From NCBI RefSeq assembly GCF_000143415.4, contig NW_003314359.1, forward strand, positions 525,250 through 589,249: a DNA stretch of 64,000 bases, in the 5' to 3' direction. Each line of letters starts with the position of its first letter. The stretch's first letter is position 1. The translations under genes were made by a program, and so were the position numbers. Source of the DNA: Selaginella moellendorffii (Eukaryota > Plantae > Lycopodiophyta). This document shows positions 50,404 through 61,340 of this stretch, one piece after another. The notes below the pieces were generated by a model. That model searched no databases. It was not told the DNA's origin and was given only the letters and a program-made list of their open reading frames with translations.

Positions 50404-52953
50404 TCAATCTGCTCGTAGATGAATCCTTAAACTCTTCCTATCCGCTTTCAAGGCCGCCTCCTGTATAGTCTTGAGCTTATCATGATCCTCCCACAGCCCC
50501 GCGCTCCGGTAGATGCTCGCCATCAGAACGTACGCAGCCGAGTCTTTCTCGTCGATCTTAGTCAGTGCCTCGAACGCAATCCTCCCCACTTCCACGTTCT
50601 TCCACTTACGGCAGGCCCCGAGGACGCTCCTCCAAACCACAGCGTCCGCTCTCAAAGGCATGTTCTCGAGGACTTTCACGGCCTCTTCTAGTCGGTTTGC
50701 ACGCCCGAAGAGATCCACCAAGCTGCTGTAGTGATGAATCCCACAAACAATGCCAGAGTCCGGGTCCATTGCGTGGAAAAACTCCCTGCCTCGTTCAACC
50801 AGGCCGCCGTGGCTGCAAGCAGTGATGACCGAGACAAACGTGATCGCGTTTGCTCGCACGCCATCTTCTCGCATCTCGCAAAAGGCTTCGAACACGCGCG
50901 ACGTGTCACCCTGTTGGCCGAATCCTGTGATCAGTGCATTCCAGGCGACGATATCTCGGACTGCCAGAGATCCAAACAAGTGCTCGGCCGCACTCATAAC
51001 TCCGCACTTCCCGTAGAAGTTTACCATGCACGTCCCCACAACTTGGTCGTCTTCCAGCCCACGCTTGTAAAGCTCAGCCTGGATTTTCCTTCCAGCTTCA
51101 CTGGACCCAACGTTCCCACAGGCCGTAAGTCCCGCTACAAGAGTCCGAGAGTTTGGAGCACAGTCCATGCTCTCCAAGAGTTCCAACCCGAGCTCGCTCT
51201 CACCGTTGTCCACATATCCCTGGATCAAGCTCGTCCAAACGACAACGTCCCGGCTAGGCATGCGTTTGAAAACTGCTCGAGCTTTCACCATATCTCCACA
51301 CTTGGCATACATGTCCACCAAGCTGCTCCCGACAAATCTGTGCTCACAGCATCCAAACTTCGTGGCGAGAGAATGAATCTCCATCCCCTTTTCTAAGCTC
51401 TGGATTCGCAGTAGCTTTCCATCTTCTCGCGGAACAGGTTGTTCGGACGCTGAAAGATGGACACAGGCCATGAGCGCAGCAATAAACGTTCTCTCGTCCG
51501 GATCGTTCTCCCGAACCATGCCGAAGAACAGCTCCAAGGCCAGCTTGCTGTCTCCACTTCCAACAGATCCCTGGATCATTGCGTTCCACGAAACCACGTC
51601 TCGGCCAGCCATGCCATCGAAGACCTTGCGAGCTTCCTCTAGCTTCCCACACTTGGCGTACATATCGATCAATGTGTTCCCCACGAACACGTCCTCACAG
51701 CACCTCTTGTTTGAAGCTTCACCCTGGATAGCCACCCCAGTTTCCAAGCTCTTTCTCTTCACGAGTTTCCCGTCGACATCCACCGCTTCTTCTCGCAATG
51801 CCGAGCTCGCACAGGCAGCAAGCGCAGCAACATACGTTCGAGAGTTTGGACAGCACCCGGATAGCTTCATATCTTCGAAGAACACGAGAGCCAGCTCGCT
51901 TTCCCCGTTGTCCACAAAGCCTTGCATCAGGCTCGTCCAGAGCACGACATCGCGACGAGGCATGCTCTCGAAAACCATCCGCGCGTCGGCCATGCTCCCA
52001 CACTTCGAGTACATGTCCACGAGGCTGCTCCCCACGAAAATATCTCCACAGCAATGGCTTTCCATAGCTCCAGCGTGAACAGCGAGCCCCTTCTCCAGGC
52101 TCCTCGTCTTCACCATCTTTCCATCTTCTTGAGTGGCCTCCTCTTTCACTGCTAGATTCGCACAGGCCTTGGCAGCAGCAACGAAAGTCCGAGAGTTTGG
52201 CGAGCAGTCCATCTTCCCAAAGAACTCGAGGGCGACCTCGCTTTCTCCATTCTCTACGTAGCCCAGTATCAAAGCATTCCAGGAGACCACGTCTCGCCGC
52301 GGCATCCCATCAAAGACCGATCGAGCATCGAGCATGCTGCCGCACTTGGAGTACATATCGATCAGCGAGCTCGAGAGGAAAACGTCTTCGCTGCAAGACG
52401 GTCCCATCTGCTTGGCTTGAGAATGGATGCCTCTGCCGGTCCCGAGACTTGCCTCCTTGACGAGCTTCCCATCGACCAAAACAGCGTCCTCCTTCGCCGC
52501 GAGGCTGCTACAAGCCTTCGACGCGGCCATGAAGCTCCTGGAGTTTGGCTTGCAGCCCGACCGCCTGGCTTGCATCCTCTCGAAGAGATCCAGAGCCACA
52601 TCGCTCTCGCCATTGGAGACGTAGCCCAGCATCAAAACGTTCCAGGACATCACGTTTGGGTGAAGAATGCTGTCGAACACGCGGCGGGAATCCTCCATGC
52701 TGCCGCATTTCGCGTACATGTCCACCAGCGCATTAACGACATGGATCCCCAGCTGCTTGCTCTCCGCCACCTGGGCGTGGATCGCCTTGCCCTTGCGCAA
52801 ATCCCTTATGCTGCCACATACCTTCAGCGCCGACACCAGCGCGGCCGCCTGCTGATCGGGCGCCCGCGGCGGCGCTGCCGAAGGAGCGAATGCTGGTGCG
52901 GCCCCTCGAACCGCTGCCGTCGCCAAGCCGCGGAACAAGCGAGCTCTTCCCAT
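50404..52953 (-). CDS. PLS-class PPR-E protein with inserted L motifs, probable mitochondrial presequence
   Basis: MGRARLFRGLATAA start, LVDMYAKCGSM..A..VF repeats, E domain VLGACRKWKN..AYVLMASIY; no DYW. Confidence 0.93.
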   Translation of the reverse strand: MGRARLFRGLATAAVRGAAPAFAPSAAPPRAPDQQAAALVSALKVCGSIRDLRKGKAIHAQVAESKQLGIHVVNALVDMYAKCGSMEDSRRVFDSILHPNVMSWNVLMLGYVSNGESDVALDLFERMQARRSGCKPNSRSFMAASKACSSLAAKEDAVLVDGKLVKEASLGTGRGIHSQAKQMGPSCSEDVFLSSSLIDMYSKCGSMLDARSVFDGMPRRDVVSWNALILGYVENGESEVALEFFGKMDCSPNSRTFVAAAKACANLAVKEEATQEDGKMVKTRSLEKGLAVHAGAMESHCCGDIFVGSSLVDMYSKCGSMADARMVFESMPRRDVVLWTSLMQGFVDNGESELALVFFEDMKLSGCCPNSRTYVAALAACASSALREEAVDVDGKLVKRKSLETGVAIQGEASNKRCCEDVFVGNTLIDMYAKCGKLEEARKVFDGMAGRDVVSWNAMIQGSVGSGDSKLALELFFGMVRENDPDERTFIAALMACVHLSASEQPVPREDGKLLRIQSLEKGMEIHSLATKFGCCEHRFVGSSLVDMYAKCGDMVKARAVFKRMPSRDVVVWTSLIQGYVDNGESELGLELLESMDCAPNSRTLVAGLTACGNVGSSEAGRKIQAELYKRGLEDDQVVGTCMVNFYGKCGVMSAAEHLFGSLAVRDIVAWNALITGFGQQGDTSRVFEAFCEMREDGVRANAITFVSVITACSHGGLVERGREFFHAMDPDSGIVCGIHHYSSLVDLFGRANRLEEAVKVLENMPLRADAVVWRSVLGACRKWKNVEVGRIAFEALTKIDEKDSAAYVLMASIYRSAGLWEDHDKLKTIQEAALKADRKSLRIHLRAD

Positions 52954-53058
52954 CCATCGCAAGAACCCTAGATAATTGCTAGCAACATGGAAATTCAACG
53001 AAGGCCGTCGATTCAAGAATATCTGACGGTTGGAAATGAATCGGGGACCATTTACATT

Positions 53059-53850
53059 CACCTCTTCTCCCTCGTGACGCTAATGTTCTTCATCACTTCA
53101 CACACCATGAAGGCAACCCCCACGCCCGTAAAAACCTTGAGGTACTCGGGCAAAATCCCCCTGTACAACCCAGCGTAGCCTCGGTTGAGAACAATGTGCC
53201 TCGCAATCCCAGGCTTGTAAGCCGGTGTCTATCTCCGATCGCCCTCGAGTTGAATCCTTCTCTTTACCGAATCGATCGGAAACACCGCTGAAAACAGGAA
53301 CGATGGCGATCAAACGTAATCGATCTTAAGACGCTTACCTGTTGAGGCAGCAATTCCTGCTACTCCACCGGAGATTGGACGACTCGGGCCTTAAAGTAAA
53401 CATGCTCCGAGGGCTCGAAACTAAGAAAAAATCCACCTTTAAGCGTTCCAGTAGTTGTAGAGAGTATCATACATGCAGAAGTTTATCACAATCGTTTGGG
53501 CCTACGGACTGGCAGGACTCAAGTCTATGGCGTTTTGCAGGGATAAAAAAACAATAAGCTCTTGAAGAACGTACCCCCTTTGGTACGTCCTTCGGGCATC
53601 TACCACGCACTTTCCACAATCCATCAACAAGAGAGCTTTCTTGGCCTTTACAAGGGGCTCTGGCTGACGCTTTGTAATCCTCTATATTCGAAACTCCACG
53701 CTTCCACTATTGGCCTTTACAAAGCGTTGGCCAGAGCCCCTGTAAGCTAAGGGGCTCTGGCCGACGCTTTGTAAAGGCCAAGAAAGCTCTTTTGTTGATG
53801 GATTGTGGAAGTTCCGTGTAGTGCTTTGAGGTTGTCTGCAAATCGGTCAT
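53059..53850 (-). pseudogene. Mitochondrial substrate carrier (SLC25) pseudogene, C-terminal part, internally inverted and duplicated
   Basis: Minus strand: IVINFCMYDTL, SGGVAGIAAST, AVFPIDSVKRRIQLEG (PxDxxKxR signature), GLYRGILPEYLKVFTGVGVAFMVCE with in-frame stops. The segment GIYHALSTIHQQESFLGLYKGL lies on the plus strand. Confidence 0.8.
53612..53810. repeat. Nested inverted repeats forming a long hairpin
   Basis: 53710-53741 pairs with 53750-53781 (one G-U, 8-nt loop); 53612-53653 pairs with 53769-53810. Confidence 0.92.
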
Positions 53851-53959
53851 TTCACCTGCGAGGTGAAGACCAAGGCGCAAAATAAGTCCCAAGAAACTCT
53901 CTGTCAAATCCATACTTCAGCTAAGAGCTTCTGTTGATGATTGTGGAAAGCGCATGATA

Positions 53960-54220
53960 GATGCCCGTGGGGGCACCCACCATCCCGTCCACGACACCAC
54001 GTCTCGCTCTGCCATGTTGTTGTGCCGTTGTGTGATGTTCCAGAGAAGACGTTTGGCTGCCGGATGCTGGATCTCTTGGTGGCACTCAGACATCCGGCAT
54101 GATTTCAGGCGCTTGGCTGCCATTTCAATCTGCTGGAGCCACAAGCTCGTGGAGCGTGATTGCTTGATCCAAGCTGATGGGTGCCATCCTGCATTGTTGC
54201 GTGTGATTTCGAAAGACTAC
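53960..54220 (-). pseudogene. PPR gene fragment
   Basis: NMAERDVVSWTG resembles the local PPR motif; no extended ORF. Confidence 0.35.
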
Positions 54221-54402
54221 ACTTAAAGTCATATCGAGGATAGGTGATTTGTATTTCTTCCAGTTTTGCGCTTCAAAGTGATCTATTGTTGACTGGTTTT
54301 CTTTGAACATCAGTCCAACTGGTGGACTAGATAGTCATGGTCCTAAAGGAGATTTACTTTACTATGTTCCATGGGAAGTTCCAAGGCCACATTCTATATT
54401 CC

Positions 54403-56480
54403 TGATATAAAGTCACAATTGAAGTGATATACTAGCTTTGACCACGTGGTCAACGTGAGTCAAAGGGAAACTCAAAAGTATATTAAGGCATGTTAGGGTA
54501 AGGAATTTAATTTACCCCAAGGCTAAAGCTTTTGAGGTAGTTCAAGGGTGGTTAAGTGGTGAGGAACTTTAAGAGGAAGTATACAATAATTTAAAGAGAC
54601 TAAATCTTTATTTATTAGTACTAGATTTTAACATTGGTATTAAAGGAAGTTGATTGTTATAGTCAACTAAGATGAAAGTTGGAATCCTATAGTGATGCTA
54701 ATGATGGTGTCAAGGAGGTTTGAAATGTTATTCATGATTTACAAGCCTTTAATCAAAATTAACAAAAGATGTAAGACGAGATGCATGGCATGATAGATAC
54801 CATATATGGGTATGTTGAGGTACTCAAGGCTGGATATAGTAAGTACTAGCTCAAAGGGCTTTATTGAATTTTATGAGTTGGTGGATCGACTTAAGATTTT
54901 AATTGTTTTTAGTGATGGTGGTGTGGACGAATGTTTGGTTTAACTAGCCAATGTGAAGAAGTTTTTGGCTGCTAAAGGAACTTTAGATATAAAGGTTTTA
55001 ATGGCTATTTTAATAGTTTTGAGTGATGTAAATCTTCGGTGGTGGAATTAATTTGAGGAATCTTATGTTGTGAATAAAAAACCATTAGTGTCTACCATGG
55101 ATGAGTTTGAGACTACTTTTTATTTACATTTTGCCCCTCACTACAATGTAGAGAATGCTTGCACAAAACTTTGACATTTCCAACAAGGGAAAATGTTGCT
55201 CGAAGACTATATTGAGAAGTTTACTCACTTGATTAGTTGTGTTTTAATGAAGAATTCATATTAAAATAAATCCTACTTCATGATATCCATTCCTTAGATC
55301 AATCTTGGTAAACACTTGTGTTTCACTAAGCTTGTCTAAAATATCATCTACACGTAGCATTAGCATTTTATCCTTCATTATATTTTTATTCAAGGCACAA
55401 TAATCCATACACATCTATATTAAACCATCCTTCTTCATGACCAAACGAAAACTTACTTGGCTAAATAAGTCTAAGCTTAAGTAACTCCTTGATTTAGTGT
55501 TGAATTTCTTACTCTTCCACATAACTCAACCGAAATGGATACTAGTAAATTGGCCATGTCTCTATAATCCTATGCTTCACATCTTGTAATAGAGGCAATT
55601 TAGGAAGAAATTCAAATGGAAAAACATTAGAAAACTCTTTGAGTATAATCCATACTGTTGCTTCTCCCCCACATGTGGCTTAGTCCCCCAAGTCATGAAT
55701 AAACAATAAGTAACCCAAAGTGTTTTTCCATTACGATAAGTCCACTTCAAAGATGTAGCAAAAAGCATAACAACTAAAGACTGAACTCCCTCTCCAAACC
55801 ACACATCTTTAATGTTGCCATACTCTAGCAAGACATGCTTAATACTCCACTTTATTTCCAAGTTCACCTTCACCACCATAATATCCTAAAAATGAAATCC
55901 ACACAATAGATATCCCTGAGATAAAAAGTCTCCATAAATATGATTTTGCCAACCAACACTTCTAGCCTCTATATATAAGCATCAAAATACTAAACAAAGG
56001 TATCTACACCTTCCACCATGTATAAAAAAACTCCTTGTATCACTAGGTTGTGCTTTTTAACAAACTTTGCCGAAACAGTTTTGAGTTTGGTCGGAAAGAG
56101 AGTGGCATGAGCTTGTCCATGTTGTAAATAAAAGTTAGTGGTATTTGGTGTTATAAAGCTCTATCGGTGGAGTGTGGCATTTATGTTACATTTTGTCGAA
56201 TTGAGTTGACACTTGATACCCACATAAACCTTTGAAGTAGTGACATTATATCTCCATGTGATAATGAGTAATATGTTTACGAAGTTGCTTGGTTAAATGA
56301 TGATCAGCCCCAAAGTGGTTGATGGTGAAGCTAGTCTACTTGCACAAAGTAGCATTGTAGTAGCTTTAACTGGATTCTTGATGGTGATCCATTGTTGTGA
56401 AATTTGATTTGGTTAGGCTTGACCAAGGGGTAGAGTGTCAAGAGAGTAATACTCTTGGGAGAGTTGTGGCTCTCAGCTTT
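54403..56480. mobile_element. Decayed LTR retrotransposon remnants (Ty3/gypsy-like)
   Basis: Putative LTR TG(54403)..CA(54633) followed by a degenerate iMet PBS TGGTATTAAAGG; gag-like WW and FQQGKMLLEDYIEKFTHL near 55040-55230; possible pol-like remnants on the minus strand at 55300-56040; many stops. Confidence 0.65.
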
Positions 56481-57905
56481 TGTTCACAAGGGCGTGAACT
56501 TTATAAAAATAAATACTAAATTATAAAAAAAACAAGAAAAAAAAGATTTAAAAGATGATCCATAAAGTTAAAGTATAAAGGGAAGAAGGCTATAAACAAA
56601 AATGCACCTCTTTTTTCAATTAATTAAGAGTCTTGGGATACTTAGGGTTAAATGTTTTTGAGTTTGAGTAGTATTGAGTGGGTGACCTCCCATGAAGTCC
56701 AAATTAAAGAGCTTACAAGGGCTCAAGATTTTCAACTCTTGTTTTATTCTCGAAATCTTGGATCTCAATTTGAACATTTTACATACCATTTTTTCTATTA
56801 AATGGAGCTCTTGCACAACAATTTAATGGCTCCACTCTAGAGACTTTCACAATGATCATGAACATAATACACTTGGGTCTTTTGTATAACAAGTGGAGAG
56901 CTACCCAATATTTGGAGTAAGAACATTTGTGGAATGTCTTGAATAATTCCAGGACCAAGCTTGTGTTTGTAGGCCCTCTCTCAGTCATAATTTCAATTTT
57001 CAATATTTGGATATATGTTTAGTTTGCTTAAGTATGGTAATGGATATATCTAGAATATAGTTGGATATTTTTATCTTATGTATTTAAATTAATATTGTAT
57101 TTATAATTTAGAAATTTTCTTAAGTACCTCCAAGTATATTTTAGCATATTCTACAATATAATGGTGTATATACATTTAAATTAATAATATATTTTTAATG
57201 TATAGTAATCTTAGCTTATATTAACTTTTTTTTATATATAATGAAATGATTTTAGTTGTAGGTAGCACACCCTGTTCGAGAGTGCCTATCAGAATATCCA
57301 TAATATATTCTTACCCATAGTATCAATTGTTTTGTACTATAAGATGATTACAATAAATAAGGTATTATAAGTGTAGTATTCAATTTAGAAATGGCTTATA
57401 AAAAGAAAATGTATAAGCTCTTTTGCCAGCCTCTAACTTCACATAATAGTCATCCTTCACATTCCTATTTTTCCATTGGTACTATTGAGGTATCAATTTT
57501 ATCCCTTCATAGAAATAAATTGCTTAATTGATTATATTTTAGATATGGAAGACAAAATCAATGATAAGGAGTTTCCTCAAGTTGAGGACTTTTACACCCA
57601 ATTCATAATAAAGGCTCATTTTTTATTTAGTGGGAACTAATGAATATATTGAGAATTTGATTCTAAGGTGCCTAATATACCTTTTGTCTTAGGTTAGGAA
57701 TTCATTTTTATGAGTTTGTGAAGGTTTCTTGAGCACTGCTACAATTACTGTACATTATTTCATATATAATTGTTTACAAGATGTTGAAGGACAAGATGCC
57801 AACACACAACCACTACAAAGTGATGGTTGCATGTGAGAATATTAATTTACAATTATGATATTTGACACTTATATTGACAGTTGACACTGATACTATCACC
57901 AAAAT

Positions 57906-57955
57906 TTGATATATAACAAACTTTTCTAACCATTTGATATATAACAAACTTTTCT
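57906..57955 (+). repeat. Tandem duplication of a 23-mer
   Basis: TTTGATATATAACAAACTTTTCT occurs twice. Confidence 0.85.
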
Positions 57956-58194
57956 TTCCTAATGAACTCTAACTCCTAAAAGTAATCTATCTTTCGTGCC
58001 TTTAGAACTCTTTTAAATATTGTCGTATACATTTCTCCATCCTTTACACCCTTTGAAACAAATTGAGTATAAACTGATGCCTCAAATGGCACACCTTTAT
58101 ATCAAAAATATCTATAGACAATATATTTCAGAAAGATCTTAAAAATCATAGTATACTTAGTAAGCTATATCATATAAAATAAAAATGGTCATGT

Positions 58195-58960
58195 TAGCAA
58201 ACCTCAACCCCTTGGGTTGTAAAACTACTTGATGTGGCTAACCCAAGCTTAACCTTGGGCAATTTAGTAGCCTGAGGGCCTAAGGTTATTTGAATAAATT
58301 CAACCCCCCAATTTGCCAAACTATCTAAGGTGGTTGGCTCTACCTCAACCTCAGGAAGTTCTATGGCCCAAGTGGCTAAGGTTATTTGAGTAACCTTGAC
58401 ACACACACCCTCTGAGGTGGCCGGCCTAAGCTCAACTTTGGGTAGTTCCACAACCTAAGGGCCAAGGTTAATCAAATAACCTTAGTTCTCTAGTCCATAA
58501 AATTGCCTATGCCCCAAGCTCAACCTTAACCTGTTTAGTGGTCTTTAAAGTTATTCAAATAACCTTGGCCCCTAGACCACAAAAATGTGTAAGGTGACTA
58601 ACCTAAGCTCAACCTTCGGCAATCTTGCAACCTAGCGAGCCAAGATTATTTGAATAACCTCAAACCCTTAGGTTGCCAAATTACTTAAGGTGGTTGTCCA
58701 AGAACAACAGGAAGAAAATAAACAAAAAAAGCAAGAAGAAAAAACAATTAAAAAAATGGAAGAAAAGGTTGTTGGAAGAAATTTACCCTTGGTAGCATTG
58801 TTGCTCTTGCTGCACTCACACTTTGCTTTGTGCCCTCCACAGTGTTCAATCTCTCATACACTTAATCTCTCGTGGCACTGAACTCTCTTAACACTCAATT
58901 TCTCATGCACTCAATCTCTCCCATACTCATCTCTCAATGGTGCTCAATTCTCTACTTAAT
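58195..58960. repeat. Degenerate minisatellite (AAGCTCAACCTT / AAGGTTATTTGAATAACC units) plus A-rich and CTCAATCTCT tail; TE-associated
   Basis: Alternating units repeat about 4-5 times; a related copy lies at about 61530-61860. Confidence 0.7.
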
Positions 58961-59723
58961 CTTTTGCATGCTCATCTACTAGTGCTACCTTCTAATGTTC
59001 TTTTAAATAAAAAAAAATCCAAACTATCCTCTATTTTTATAAGAGAATATGATATTATGTAAATATATTTATATTATTAGTATAGTCAAATTGGGTTTAT
59101 TTGACTACTCATTTCCATATCTAAACTATAATACAAATAATATACATATTTCTATATTTTGAGCTTTAATTTATAGCAACAACAATAATATAATCTAATA
59201 GGATGTAATTTAGTCAAATATTCACATAATTCATTTAGAAGTTTATACTCTACAAGATTTTTGGAACACAGAAAACAATTTTGCAATACAGACTAATAAT
59301 GGGAAATGAAAGGAATGATCTAGATTCTTAATGAATTAGGTTAAAAATAAGAAAAATTCTATTGTGCAGAAGTATATAAAAAGTGTGGTCTTGTTTATGT
59401 TCTACTCATATAAAACTATTTTTAAAAAATGTAACTTTAGATGCTATAATACTGTAGTTTATTCAAACTAAATTCATTCCACAGTATTAAAAATGTATAT
59501 ATTTATGCCTATCTTCGTATACTATTCATAAGGTTTACAATAGTACAAGTTTAAATATTTATATATCCTTCTATTCAAATTATTAAAGAAATCATTGTAA
59601 CTAAACAATGCCAAATGCCATTATACATATAAATATTTAAAACCTCTTAAATTGTATCAATACATAATAACTTAAAAAGCTATAGTATAAATTTCGTTCA
59701 ATTTATTTTTTGAGCTAGATAAA

Positions 59724-60653
59724 ATGAATACTAGAATAAGTTTTCTAGTTGTATTTATAACTTTTTGCTATGCTCAACCACCTCAAACAAGATGGATTGG
59801 TGGTGTTGGTCATTTTGGTAATAACCATGTAGTAAGAATTATAAATAAAATTAGGGATCTTATTGCAACTATAGGTGATAATAATCAATTTATTAGAGGT
59901 GAGTTTGGATTTTATCTTCAGAATGTTATTAATGCTGGTTATCAAGAAGTTTTAATTAGAATTCATATTGTACCTGCTGGTTTTACAAATTTTAATTGTC
60001 CTCATCTTCCCAGAAGTTTCATGTTTAGTGTTGATTATATGAGAAATACCTTCATAGATATTTTAAGACTTTTAGAATATCATGCACGTATTACTGGTGC
60101 ACAATTAATTGGAACAGTTTATAGATATTTTGCAATTGATTTTGGTGGATTAGGAAATTCAGTAAGAGATTTACAACAACCTTATCCATCTCTAGAATAT
60201 CCAAAAGGTTTGCCAGAGGATAGTGATCCACCTCCTAATCTTTTAAATGTTGATGTTGATAATTCACATTGCTGGCCATATAGAACACACCTAATAAATG
60301 GTCCTCTCTATCTTACTGGAACATATATAATTAATGGAAATAGTTTAATATCATTTAATAATAAATTTAAAGCAACATTAAATGATTGCAATTTAATTGT
60401 GGAAGATTTAAATAAAAAAGAAAGTGTATGGTCTACAAAATCTATAAAAATTGGTATATTTTGTTTTCTTCACCGTCAACTTGATGGTCATTTACTTATA
60501 AAAGATGATAATGAAAATATAATATGGAAAAACAACATATATTGTAAAAGTTGTTTCCTTTTTGCTATATTTACAGTTGAAGATAATGGATATTTAACTG
60601 TATCATCTTATATAAAAACTACAAAAAAAATAATTTGGAAGAACAAGTTTTAG
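59724..60653 (+). CDS. Secreted protein: unknown ~180-aa N-terminal domain + C-terminal bulb-type (GNA-like) lectin domain
   Basis: Uninterrupted 309-codon ORF in very AT-rich DNA; signal peptide; three B-lectin subdomains (LNDCNLIV..VWST, QLDGHLLIKD..IIWK, EDNGYLTV..IIWK); Pro-rich linker. Confidence 0.75.
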   Translation: MNTRISFLVVFITFCYAQPPQTRWIGGVGHFGNNHVVRIINKIRDLIATIGDNNQFIRGEFGFYLQNVINAGYQEVLIRIHIVPAGFTNFNCPHLPRSFMFSVDYMRNTFIDILRLLEYHARITGAQLIGTVYRYFAIDFGGLGNSVRDLQQPYPSLEYPKGLPEDSDPPPNLLNVDVDNSHCWPYRTHLINGPLYLTGTYIINGNSLISFNNKFKATLNDCNLIVEDLNKKESVWSTKSIKIGIFCFLHRQLDGHLLIKDDNENIIWKNNIYCKSCFLFAIFTVEDNGYLTVSSYIKTTKKIIWKNKF

Positions 60654-60759
60654 TTTCCTTCCTAAATTTCTGATGAAGTTCATATATATGAAAAAGCTGA
60701 GTATAAGTCTAAGCTTATATCTTGTGAAGCTTTGAAAAAGATTCATATATTAATTAAGA

Positions 60760-61340
60760 TTAATGAATAATATGATTCAATAAGTGTCATGTATAGTAGC
60801 ACTTCAAGAGTTTGATGATTTTCTTTCCACTTGTTTGCATCACAATTTCTTGGAAGAATTTGTCCACCACATTGTCAGGAAGTTTTGTAACTCTTTTGGC
60901 TCCAAGCTATTTATTAGGTTCTTTATCATGAATACCACTAGATTGGCCACATTTGGGGTTTTATGCTAGTGGTGGACTTGTGAGGGGTAAAGATGGAGAT
61001 GGCAGTTATTAGTGGTGGCAGTGGTGGCCATAGTGGTGGTGGAGGATGTGTGTCTTGATCTGGTTCTAGTGTGTCTTGATTTTGTGTCAATAGCGTTGTG
61101 TTCTAATCTAGTGTTAGGAGTAAAGTTGGAGGTGATAGTTGTGCTACTGATTTAGTTCTTGTGTATCTTGATTTGGAGTGGCATTGGATCCTGATCTACT
61201 GGTGGGGAGTGGTACCTCCTGATATGGTGGTAAGTCTTAATTTGGTGATAGTGGCAGTATATTCAAGTGTGTAGGAGATGGCTGTAGTATTGTGCAAGTG
61301 AGATTTCCAAGCAATCACATCTTCATTGATATACCAATGG
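60760..61340 (-). mobile_element. Possible decayed retroelement gag/leader remnant
   Basis: PBS-like TGGTATATCA near 61335 on the minus strand, a Pro-rich stretch and a MWWT motif; heavily mutated. Confidence 0.3.

Noticed and set aside
52954-53061. Extra N-terminal codons of the 885-aa PPR ORF
   Set aside because: Not presequence-like and it abuts the carrier pseudogene stop; the ATG at 52953 gives a better targeting peptide.
58195-58700. Regularly spaced repeats as a possible CRISPR-like array
   Set aside because: Units are degenerate with no unique spacers, in a eukaryotic TE context.
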